A stretch of DNA of 64,000 nucleotides, taken from Takakia lepidozioides. Lineage: Eukaryota > Plantae > Bryophyta. Where the stretch lies: positions 25,730,001 through 25,794,000 of the forward strand of contig CM060734.1 in NCBI GenBank assembly GCA_030704615.1, given 5' to 3'. The position numbers and the translations under genes are program-made. Position 1 is the first letter of the stretch, and every line of letters begins with the position of its first letter. Positions 25,565 to 36,539 of this stretch are shown one piece after another. The notes under the pieces are model-generated. The model saw only the letters and a list, made by a program, of their open reading frames with translations. It was not told the DNA's origin and did not search any database.

Positions 25565-25880
25565 TGTCAAGTTATTTTACCACTAGTGTGAAACTAGCTA
25601 GGAAATAGCTAGCTTTTACATATTGACATTTGGGATTGGCCCAAGTGTCAATCCAGGGTCAAGGCAGATTTAGGCCCTGGAGTGGTTATCTTCACGGCAA
25701 GCGCTGAAGGCTCATCTTTCTCGAGTTGAGCCTCACCGCGCCTAGCTATGGCGCCGTAGTGTGGATTCCCCATGGCGTGGGGTGCACTTGGCTTGACTTG
25801 TATTTGAGTGATGAGGTTATATATGCATGAGTTTATGCTTCAGATTTGTGAGCTCGTGCTTGTATTCTTCTTCTTTATCA
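25565..25880 (+). repeat. Terminal repeat X1 of element B
   Basis: Near-identical to 50435-50748. Confidence 0.92.
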
Positions 25881-27399
25881 CTCGAGAAAGATCAGCTCGT
25901 ATCTGTGAGTGCCAGATACGAGTTAGTTGTAGCACTTGTGGTTTTTTCTTGAGAATGAGAGAAACCAAGTTGTTATGCAAGGAGCACCGTAGAGCTCTTG
26001 GTTGTTAGAAGTGGAGGCGATGTGGGTTACGAGGTGGTAGACCTTGGCATTCGATCTTCAGCTTCAGAGATGAAAGCACCATGCTGCAGGTAATTCCAGA
26101 GCACCTTGATGGTTTCAGATTGTGTACATGCATGAGCAAGCACGATTGGGAAGAGGACCAGTCAAGAGCAGGTTATAGTGGCTTTGGTGGCAAAGCTGAG
26201 AACTGGACTTGGGAATGCGAGCTTTCATTGTGTGAAGGATTGCAAGACCAAGCGAAAGGGCTGATTTGGCTTGGGGCAAATCAGTGCACTTTGTGGAGTA
26301 TGATGAGATTGGGTTTCAATCTCGAGCTTCAGCATTGAGAGGGCTCTTGTCATGGCAAGAGCAGGGCTGGAACAGGAGCTAAGAGGTACGGCAAGGCCAT
26401 GGAATGTGCACCTAGGGTTTCAGAGCTTGGAAGAAGAGCTCTTGCACCACAAGAGAAGTGTCTTGTGGCTGGAAATGTAAGCCTTAGGGTTTCAGGAGCT
26501 TGGCAAAGGCTGTGGAGTGCTTAGTCTTGTCTTAGAGAGCATCAAGGAGCCAAGGAGCCAAGATAGGGGGCTGATATCTCTTGTGTGAAGAGGTTGCATG
26601 TGTGGAGCATGTATTCAGCTCATTGAAGCTTCCATCTTCAAGCTTGGAGGGCAAGCAAGGAAGAGGGAAGGGCTGACTTCCCTTATGTGAGGGCAATGCA
26701 TGTGTGGAGCATGCTATCAGCCTGGTGAAGGCTTGCACTTTCAGGTGTGGGAGTGCAAGAAAGGAAGGAAGGGGCTGGTTTCCCTGTAGGGCATGTGGAG
26801 CATGCTTTCAGCCTGCTAAAGCTTGTATTTTCAGGTTTGTGGGTGCAAGAAATGAAGCAAAGGAGCTGATTCTCTTATGGTGAGAGTGGGGCATGTGTGG
26901 AGCATGCCTTCAGCCCATTGAGGCTCTTGTTTTCAAGCTTTAGAGAGCTAGAACGGAAGGTCTAGGGCTGGTTCCACTTGGAGTGAAAGAAAAGCACTTG
27001 TAGGGCCTATGTGAGTTGGGGTTTCAACTTCAAGCTTGAAGGGAGCGCAACTCTTGAAGCAGCAGGTGTAGGGGGCTGGAGATGCTATGGCCAAGGAGAG
27101 TGCTTGAATGAGTGCTCACAAGAGCTGGGAACCAGCAGGGCTTGGTTGTTTGCGATTGAGTTTAGTGGCGTGTTGGGCTTGTTTGGATGGTTAGGCTAAG
27201 TGAGAAAGAAGGCTTGGTTTGTGGCAACCACCTCATGGCTTAGGGCTACTATGGTGGTGTTGTGGGAGCCGAAAGAGCAAGAATACCTTGCTGATTTCCT
27301 CACAGCCGCCATAGCTCGGTGGAAGAAGCCTAGAGTCCAAGAGACACAAACCCTAGCTTGGCGTGGCTAAACCCCTTGAGAAATGGCTTAACTGCCAGA

Positions 27400-28680
27400 G
27401 CGGCCATGGGGTTGTTGAGGGTTGTGACGGGGCTTGTGAGGGGCTGTTGGGTAGGCTGGCCCGTGGCTGTGGGGGCTGTGAGGGGCTTGCTGTGACAGGC
27501 TGTGCCCAGTGGCCTGTGGGGCTGTGACGGGCTGTGACGGGCTTGTGGAGGCTGTGCATGTGGCCTGTGGGGTTTGAGGGGTGAGGTGTTGGGTTGTGAC
27601 AGGCGTGCCTGAGGCCTTTGAGGAGTGGGTTGGGTGTGGCGGGTGTATGTGCGGGTGGTTGTGAGGGCTGTGTGACTGGGACAGCGTGCCTGAGGCCTTT
27701 GGGTTGTGAACGGCTGTGAGGGGGCTGTGATTGATAGCAGTGCCTGAGGCGTTGGGGCTGTGACGGGCTGTGAACGGGCTGTGAACGGCTGTGCCCAGTG
27801 GCCTGTGGGGCTGTGAGGGCTGTGGGCACGGCGGGCTGTGGGCCCCCGGCTGTGGTGTGCCTGAGGCCTGTTGACAGGCGTGCCTGAGGCGTGACAGGCC
27901 GTGCCTGAGGCCTGTGGGGCTGTGACGGGTTGTGAGGGGCTGTGACAGGCTGTGCCGTGGCTTTGGGGCTGTGAGGGGCTGTGAGGCTGTGCCCAGTGGC
28001 CTGTGGGGCTGTGACGGGCTGTGGGGGCTGTGACAGGCTGTGGCTTTGGGGCTGTGATGGGCTGTGAGGGGCTGTGACAGGCCGTGCTGAGGCCTTTGGG
28101 GCTGTGACGGCTGTGAGGGGCTGTGACAGGCCGTGCCTGAGGGCGGCTGTGAGGGTGTGGGCCGTGCTGAGGCCTTTGGGCTGTGAGGGGCTGAAATGTG
28201 ACGGGCTGTGAGGGCTTGGCCGGGGCCTCGGGGTGTGACGGGCTGTGAGGGCTGTGACGGGCCGCCGGTGGCCTTGGGGCTGTGATGGGCTGTGAGGGGC
28301 TGTGTCAGGCCGTGCCTGAGGCCTGTGGGGCTGTGACGGGCTGTGCGTGGCCTTTGGGGCTGTGAGGGGCTATGACAGGCTGTGCCCAGTGGCCTGTGGG
28401 GCTGTGACTGTGAGGGGCTGTGACAGGCTGTGAGGGCTGTGACAGCGTGCCTGAGGCCTTTGGGGCTGTGAGGGCTGTGAGGGGCTGTGACAGGCTGTGC
28501 CCAGTGGCCTGTGGGCCGTGACGGGCTGTGACGGGCTGTGACAGGCTGTGGCGAGCTGTGACGGGCTATGAGGGGCTGTGCCAGTGGCCTGTGGACTGTG
28601 ACGGCTGTGACCAGTGAGCTGTGTGGGCCTGTGCTGGTCTGTGGTGGCCCGTGTTGACCTGTGGACGGCCTGTGCTGACT
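27400..28680. repeat. Degenerate ~10-bp minisatellite (GGGCTGTGAC/GGCTGTG) in the 5' leader of element B
   Basis: Many GGCTGTG units mixed with GTGCCTGAGGCC and GCCCAGTGGCC. Confidence 0.9.
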
Positions 28681-29494
28681 CGTGGAGGCACTGGTGGACT
28701 GCCTAAGGACTGGCGTGGAAGGCCGAATTTTGAAGCTCGTGGAGGGCGGTTTGAGGAGTATCTTCATGATATTCCCATGGTCATGCAAGTGAGGGAAGAG
28801 AGGAGGGGAAGAGTGTTGGGATGAGGGCATGCTCGGGTTAGGCATTGCTTTAGCTTCTCTTCCTCGTAGTTTCCACCCTCTCATTAGGCCAAGACCTTTC
28901 CGTAGGTGGAGGCAAGAGTCAGTCCGGGTTTGGGCTGGGGTGTCCTTGCAGGAGCAACACCGTGGAGTTGTTTTTGGTGTGGGGGAGTTGTCGTTCTGAT
29001 TTCTTGTGTTTGGATCCCCTCCATACCTGCATGCTTGACTGTGCGCCATGCTAGTTTTGTGTGGGCGCTTTTTTTTTATAGGTGATTGGTCCGGATTTGA
29101 TCACCGGCCAGTCCTAAAGCATGCTGTCGATGGTGAGGCTGGGGTGATGACCAGCCAGACCATCATTGTTTCTCCTGTGGTGAGGTTGGAGGTGATGACC
29201 AGCCAACCAAAGGAGTGCTTGCGGTGGATGCAGGTACAGGTGTAGGCTATGTTAGGAACTTAGTATTCCAAACCCTAAGCCGCAACAGGTTCTCTACCCG
29301 GTTACCTTGTGGAGAGGGGGTTAGGGACATGTTCATGACGGTTGAGTGTCAACACGGAGGTGCCACTAGTTGCTGGGGACAGTGCCGGTTCGAGCACTAG
29401 CGATACTAGTGGGTACACGAGACGAGGTGTGCGGTTTAGGCCACCTTCACCTCCTGTCTTCTACGGAAGGTTCTGATTCGGATTGTGAATCAGG

Positions 29495-30871
29495 ATGACT
29501 CATACCGGCGGTGCAAGTGTTTCTTTGCCATTGTTGTGGGACACAATGGAGGAGATGTATGGAGCTACCAAGGGGCCACGAAGGTACTCTGGGGCGGTGG
29601 GCACCATCGAGTTGGATGATTTTATCCAAGAGTTTGATAGTTGGTGTGATTTGCTGCAAATGCGCAATCCACAACTATTTACGCCTTTCATGGCATGGAA
29701 GGGGCTGTTTCAGCACCTTGAGGGGCCGCCTATGGATGATTACCATGAGTTCAGGCGGGGGCATGAGGTTGAGATCGAGGAGTGGAGGATGTACTCGTCA
29801 CCCGACTATGTCTCCATCACTAGGGGCACTAGAGCCACGAGGGCAGTGGCTACACCTGCCGCTGCACCGGCAGCTTCAGCAAGTAGCAGTGGGACTGGTG
29901 GGACTGGTGGTACAGTAGCTACGACGTCCACCCAAGCCACTACCGCACCAGCACTAGCACCCGTGCCTGCCTTCAACCCTGTTGTGGAGTTCTTCAAAGA
30001 GTTGAGAGGGAACTACCAAGGGGTGAGGACAGAGAAGTTGCGGAGCTTGCAAGAGTTCCAACGGAAGCCGACCGAGAGCTTGAGGGAGGCTTTCACTCGC
30101 ATGAGGCGCTTGATAAATGTAACCCAAGGGGTTACGGAAGCTCAGGCAGTCCAATTCTGGTATGGGATATTGGACAAGGAGCTGAGGAGGAGAAGGGTGG
30201 GATGCAACTCTCCTACAAGCGGCCCAACCCACCTTAGCAAATGTGTTTTTGCTGGCAGAGCGGATAGAGCTCAACATGGTGGAGGAACGAGTGGTCATGG
30301 TGGGATTTGCTAAGGAGACACCACGGGTAGTGGTGCTCCTAGCCAACCACTACCTCAACGTGCTCAAAGCAACAAGGGGGCTCAGGTGAAGCTCAGGGAA
30401 GGGCAGAGAGGACCTCAGATGCAGGGGTCTCTCCCTTCATTTGCTGGCCAACAACGGGCGGATGTGGTGTGCTGGACATGTGGAGGACCCCATGTCAAGA
30501 AGGATTTCCCAGAGGGAGGCAAAGGGTCGGCACATGCACAGCCTGCACAGTTGCAGTGTGGGCATTGTGGCAAGCACGGGCATGGAGAGGCCCAGTGTTA
30601 TGGTTTGCATCCTGAGTTGCGCCCAGGCCAGTTCCAAGGGAACAATGGTGGCCGGGGGCGAGGTGGAGCAGCCCAGAGAGGACGAGGTGGCCGGCCACGA
30701 GGCCAAGGGCAAGCTCAACGTGGCCAAGGACGCGGAGGTCAGGGTGTTGACCAAGGCATGGCCAACCGGCTTCAGCAGCTAGAGCAGAGGCTCGCTGCCA
30801 TGGCTACAACTCAGGTGGTACCGGCTCTAAGGCCGGATGGTCCACCTCCTGCTCCTGAGGGAGGAGATATG
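29495..30871 (+). pseudogene. gag: Element B gag (5' part), cut by MULE-2; continues at 44276
   Basis: YSG..ELDDFIQEF, QKPTESLREAFTRM, and knuckles CWTCGGPH and CGHCGKHGHGEAQC. Confidence 0.8.
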
Positions 30872-31119
30872 GGGGGTTGCTATTCCATGAGCTCATGAGC
30901 TCATGAGCGGGCATGGCTAACCCATGAGCCGCAAAGTAACACACTTCGAATTTCGGCAGATTTTTTTCGGGCCAAAAACTATAAAATAATCAAAAATCGA
31001 AGATTTCCGCGCTCATGCTGGAAGCACTCCGCTCATGAGTACCAGTGTACGCTCATGACTTGGAGCCCAGGCTCATGGACCGCCAGGCCAGGTCATAGAA
31101 TAACTGAATTCTGGGCAAT

Positions 31120-31580
31120 AACGGCACCGAAATTATCCCAGAGGCAGAGACGCAAGCGGAATTAGGATCCGGGTTTGCAGACTCCGAAAACGCAATGGCG
31201 ACCTATAACCGTGGATAGTACTATTGCAGAAGTGCAGGATGGTTGGGTATAACGACGCCGTAATTGGGCACAGGAAAAGAAATAGCGGGCTGAAGGCTCG
31301 GGAGTGAAGCCAACAACAAGTAATTGGGCTCTGCCAAAATACCCGGCTGCATCCTCCGGAGTGCAGGCGATAACGGCGCCGAAATGGGCCCCGGAAACCA
31401 AATACTCGGCTGAAGCCACCGGAGTGCAGCCGATAACGGCGCCGAAATTGGGTCCGGAAACCAAATACCCGGCTGAAGGCTGGGGATTGCAACCAATAAC
31501 GGCGCCGAAATTGACCTGCGGAAACAAAATTCTCGGCTGAAGCTTCCGCACTCCATGTAATAACGGCGCCGAAATTGGGC
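31120..31580. repeat. 63-bp subterminal tandem repeat with ATAACGGCGCCGAAAT motif
   Basis: TAACGGCGCC at 31371, 31434, 31497 and 31561; decayed copies lie upstream. Confidence 0.85.
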
Positions 31581-31696
31581 GTCGGAGAGCAAATACCCGC
31601 CTTACGGTGAGGAGGCCTTGCTCTCATTTTGCTCTTCACTCTTCTCTGTTGTGCCCATCTCCTCCCTGCTTTGAGTTCGTGCTGTGTCGTGAGGCC

Positions 31697-32248
31697 ATGT
31701 CGTGCCCGAATCACATCTATCGACGCCAGACGGGAGTCATTTTCCCGAAAGCAGACGACATCATTGTCTTCCTGGATGTTTACAGGGACGATCCTCGACT
31801 TGTCCAGCTGAGAGCAATGGAGTTTCTTCCAGGATTGCACGATTCTCCTGGACCCCGGCTGGGGAGCAGGTGGTTCCTACGCATCATGGACCTGGACTTT
31901 CCGCATGTGTGGGAGCCGAACAGATCACGCACAGCGTTGCTGTATCGCTGGAATTGTTGCGAGTGGACGTATGATGAGTGCATAGGTGAAAACTTTACGC
32001 GTGGACGGACTGGCTCGGAAAGTGGGGACATTCTCTTCAGTTATGAGGATGAGGAGGAGGGGAACACAGGGCCCACTGTGAAAATGTCCTTCTACCAAGG
32101 GGGCGCTATCGATAAACACGACATCCTCGTTAGTTTCAACCGGGCGACAGAAACCACTGACATTTTGTTCAAATATAGGCACCCGGTCACTGAGGAGGTC
32201 CTTGAGAGGCCAGTTCGAGTTCCTTCTTCTTGGGCGAGGGGACCATAG
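31697..32248 (+). CDS. Uninterrupted 183-aa ORF of unknown function, only in MULE-2
   Basis: ATG at 31697, globular-looking composition, convergent with the transposase. Confidence 0.55.
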   Translation: MSCPNHIYRRQTGVIFPKADDIIVFLDVYRDDPRLVQLRAMEFLPGLHDSPGPRLGSRWFLRIMDLDFPHVWEPNRSRTALLYRWNCCEWTYDECIGENFTRGRTGSESGDILFSYEDEEEGNTGPTVKMSFYQGGAIDKHDILVSFNRATETTDILFKYRHPVTEEVLERPVRVPSSWARGP

Positions 32249-32702
32249 GTCTTGCATGCTAGAGTAGACATGTTTCAACTTGCTGACACTCATGGCACAT
32301 ACATTTTCATTCAGAAATCAAGCAGCTTCCCTGTGCCATATGGGGAATATACATGCTTCGATAATCTTCTGTTAAGGTTTTTTGCAATTCACTGCCAGTA
32401 TGCTGGGACGTGTCCTTTGTCGTATGGATTGCTGTTTGCACAAGGTGCAGTATGCAAATGCTGGAATGTGCAGTAGGACCCTTCCCACTGGGACAGAACT
32501 AGCAATCTTGTAAAGGCATCACATTTGCAGAACAGTAACAATGTATTTGTAGCAAATTGGAGTCTTCTCATAAAGGTGGACGAAATTCACATGTAGCCAT
32601 GGCGATGCGGCACCACCAAGTGTATAATTCCTCACAAAAAAATAGGGTGCAAGAAGATGAATGTAATATAATTGCCACTTTCTCCTTCCCGAATGTGGAA
32701 TG

Positions 32703-35700
32703 TCAAGCAGTCCGACCAGTATCCTGCCGTAGGGCCTTGTGCAGCTCGTTGAAACTCAGTGTTGGAGCATGGATGAAGACGTCCACTGCGGATATGCAAC
32801 TCATGCGCTTCATAAAAATGTAATAAAGGTGTTTGCAGGGGACGTATGCTGCATTCTTCGATTCCATAACAAGGAAGTCCTCACAGTTGCAAGCTGGGTA
32901 CTGTGAAACCGTGATTGCATACACGACACTGCGCGCAGCAGACCCGGCTGTTGACAACTGAAATATGCGCCCCATCCCGGGGTGAGGAACATCCCTGCAA
33001 CCTTGCACTATGCAGGGCATTGCAAGAGCGTTGGCCATCCTGGTGTTCGCCTTTGTTGGTGGCCGCCGTCTTTTCAGTTTACCCCACCGATGGGTGGGCC
33101 AAGCTGCGGGGTCACCCACCGGTATGCGGGGCGAAGAGCTTCTCGTGGGAGGAGGATGACGATTGGGAATTGGATTTCGTGGAACGTCTGTCCTCTCCAC
33201 CAGTCGAAACCCTGCACTTCCTAGAGCGTCTGCCTCCTCCAGGGTAAGATCTGTACCACTTGCCACAGGCCAGACTGCCGGTGGTTCAGGCATGCCTTGT
33301 ACACCATACTTGGGCTTGCCGAACACACACGACATGATGTCGTGCCTGCAGAACCAAAACTCCTTCAGTGTGGCCCTCCAAACTTTGCGCACACAAATCT
33401 CCCTGTGAAGCAAGGGGCAGGCACACCGCCCTGCGGGCTCCTCCGAATCATCTCATTGCATCTCTGGTTGGTGTCGACACGAACAGCACAACATTTGCCA
33501 CGAAATGTCGGACGGGTCCGTGCAATTCTCCACTGCGAGGCCGACACATCTCGCTCCACGATTGGAATGTTGTATTGGGTAACGAAAACAGGAGCAACAT
33601 GCCCATCCTCGGCATGTTGTCCCGAGTCTGGCAGCGATTCCATGGATGCTGCAGGAGAGGGGTACGAGTCCTGCTTCGTGGAGGCGTGGGACGCAACATC
33701 GTTGCGCCCCGAGGTTGAGTGCGGATGTTCATATCTGATCTCCATGAATCCCCATCCCCTCCGGGCATGTCCTCAATTCTCTTCACCGGCCGGCTGCGGA
33801 CATCGCCCTCCAGGCAGTTCCCCGACTGTGTAACGGCGTTGACCTTATTGTTTCCCGCAATGCAGCAGTCCATTTTTTGGGATCGGTCGAACGATGCGCC
33901 GCCCTCATCAGCATCTCCTGCCTGTCTGGTCCGATACCCCATTGCTTTCCTCCCAGAAACTGGTAGTAATGAGATTGTTGCATGATGGCCCTCACAATAT
34001 CTTCTGTTGTTGCTGTCAACATGTCAACGAGATGTGCTGCAGAGGAAGCACGCCAGGAAGAGTGCACCGATTCGGCCATGTTCGTCGTCGGCATATCCGT
34101 GTCATCCTCCAAGCTCATGTCCTGTTGAAGGAAATTAGATATGTCACTGATTGTGGAGAATGTCCAAGCACAAAACAGAACAATTGTCAAGTACAGAAAT
34201 GTGTTACCTGTCTCATGTAGTCTCCAAACTGGCGGAATCTATAATGCCACCACGCAAGCCACGTTTGCAGTTCTGGCTGATCTTTCACATCCACTGCCCC
34301 TGAAGACACCCACCAGGCGCGTATGGTTGCAAACTCGGTCTCCGCCTCGTCGATGGAATTCGCATTTTTCCACGCTAGGCACATACTGATATGATCCTGC
34401 CGGTGGCGTGACGCCACGAACCTTTTCGTGTTTTGCGTCAAACTCTGCATGAAGTGGAACCCGCAAGATCTCTCCTTTCCTTCCATTGGAGTCTTTGGGT
34501 CGTCCCCATATACCCTCCTAACTGCAGCCCAGTTTGCCTGGGCATTGTCAGCCATGAAGCCCCTAAAATCGGGAGGGGGCAACTTGGCTCTCGCCATTTG
34601 CTCATTAATTCCGCGCCACATATGCAACTCCGAATCTGTGTCTTCTCCCTTCATTTCGCAGATAGCAATGGTCATCAACTTTCTGCAATGTGGGTCGTAT
34701 ACATGTGCCCCCATTGTCACCCAATCGTGGTTGGTAATCGCCGGATGTGGTCGAACATGACCCAACAATTTGAAAGGTCTCCACTGGTCATCCGCTTCAC
34801 CAAATCGACGCCGCTCCCCGGTCCGCACGTTGACATCTTAAATATGAAGCACCTGTCCGTCTCCGAGCCTTGACCAGGAAAGAAGCTGCCTTGGATGAAG
34901 TCGTAGCCGCATGTGCGCTTCACTTCCAAGATGGAGTGCATGTCTGATCCTCTTCCGATTCGTTTCTTGCAGCTGACAATGTGGTTCCTGACATTGGGGC
35001 TGCACACATGGGAGACAGCTTCCAGCAGGTCCTTCATGTCCCCCTCGCCCAGCTTCTCTCTTGTGCTTCCGTCCTCCGACATTATTCTGCCAATTGCAAT
35101 CCTATGTGCCGATGCGAGCTGTATCTGCTTTGGTTTTGCACCCGGCCTCAACCTCACCTCCTCCTTGATAATATCCTGGGCTTGTTGAAAAGCGACTCTG
35201 CAATTGCCTCTGGCGAGGGGGTGCTCATGCTTTCCGATGTGAATGCATGCTCTGGTGCACGCTGGGCCGACGGTCCCGACGTAGTACTGCTTGGCGTTGC
35301 ACACTGCCATGCACGTAGGGGCTGCGTTGCAATGGGCACACTTGAACGTCCCTGCAGGAACTCTACCTTGAGGCCAAAATGGGGTCGACGAATTGCCAAT
35401 CCAGTCAGTCTCATTCCTGGTGCCTTTGCTAGTGTAATGGTAACATGTGCTCGAGAAACATTTAAGATGCCCAGCACACAATACATATCTCACTCGAACT
35501 CCATCACCCAGGTTGGACGATGAAGTTTTGGTGACACACCAAGGGTGGCCGTCATGTTTCCTGTTCATTCCTGCGAGCATGCCGTCTGGGCCTGCGCCTG
35601 CCGGCACTGGAGGGAACTCGTAGATAGCATTCCCATCCACAACATCAGGCAAAGTTTCCACAGAATGGATTGGAGTTTTGTCGTAATCAAGCCTAAGAAG

Positions 35701-36291
35701 GTCACTGGAGCGGGAACCCGTTGTCTTCATCCTCCGCAATATGTCGATTACTGAGCGGACGGAAGTTGAGTCGGACGGTGTATGCTGAACACTCCTAGTG
35801 ACGGACGACTTCGAAACATACGATGGAAGGACCATACAGTCTTCATCGTCACTGGATAAGTCGTGGACGACTGTTTCCCTGTTTTCCTGGATTTCCCTTT
35901 TCACATGTTTGGGCTTCTCTGCTTGTGAAGAGGTGCCCACATCCTTCACATCTTGCACGCCAGACCCTCTTGTGGAAGGAGGATCAACCAAGTTCCAGCG
36001 TGGGAACTCTTTAGGCACGATTTCACCAATGGCACTGTACCGGATGGATTCAGAAGCTGGGAGCCGCCACTCTTTGCCTTTTCCGAAATCTGCATGCAGA
36101 ATGACGGCACTTTCCAGAAAATTTCCATAAGCATCCTTCGTCTCCTCTTCCAAAAACACCGTTCCAGGGCGGAGCCCGAACTTCACACACAAGTACTGCT
36201 CAGTGACAATCGCAAATCCTTGGTCGCAGGGTATTTTAGCTTTCAGAGAATCAGGATGGAAGTACACGTTGACCCAAACACGGGAGTCCAT
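32703..36291 (-). pseudogene. MULE-2 transposase (GCM-like Zn finger, DDE, Cys-rich domain, SWIM), few frameshifts, intron 34122-34207
   Basis: VMFDH, GFMADNAQANW, CGFHF, PTTNMAESVH (catalytic Glu) and SWIM CNC..CKH. GT-AG intron on the minus strand. Confidence 0.92.
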
Positions 36292-36539
36292 TTTGAAGAC
36301 GGGACCTCTCGGTACGCTCCGCAGCGAAGTCCTGCAATGAGAAGAGTGTGTCCTACCTAATAAACACAAATGATTTTCTGGAGGATTCCGTATCCAACAT
36401 GATGGGTGATCAGTGCACGTAAAGATGAAGGTGTGTAACGTACGTTAAAAAAACGGACGAAAACAGCAAGTTCACATCGGATATTTGGTGCCTGAATTGT
36501 AATGTACAACCACTTGGGGTACAATAAATCAGGCCTTCC

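Noticed and set aside
27388-29049. 553-aa minus-strand ORF
   Set aside because: Translation of the GGCTGTG minisatellite; low complexity.
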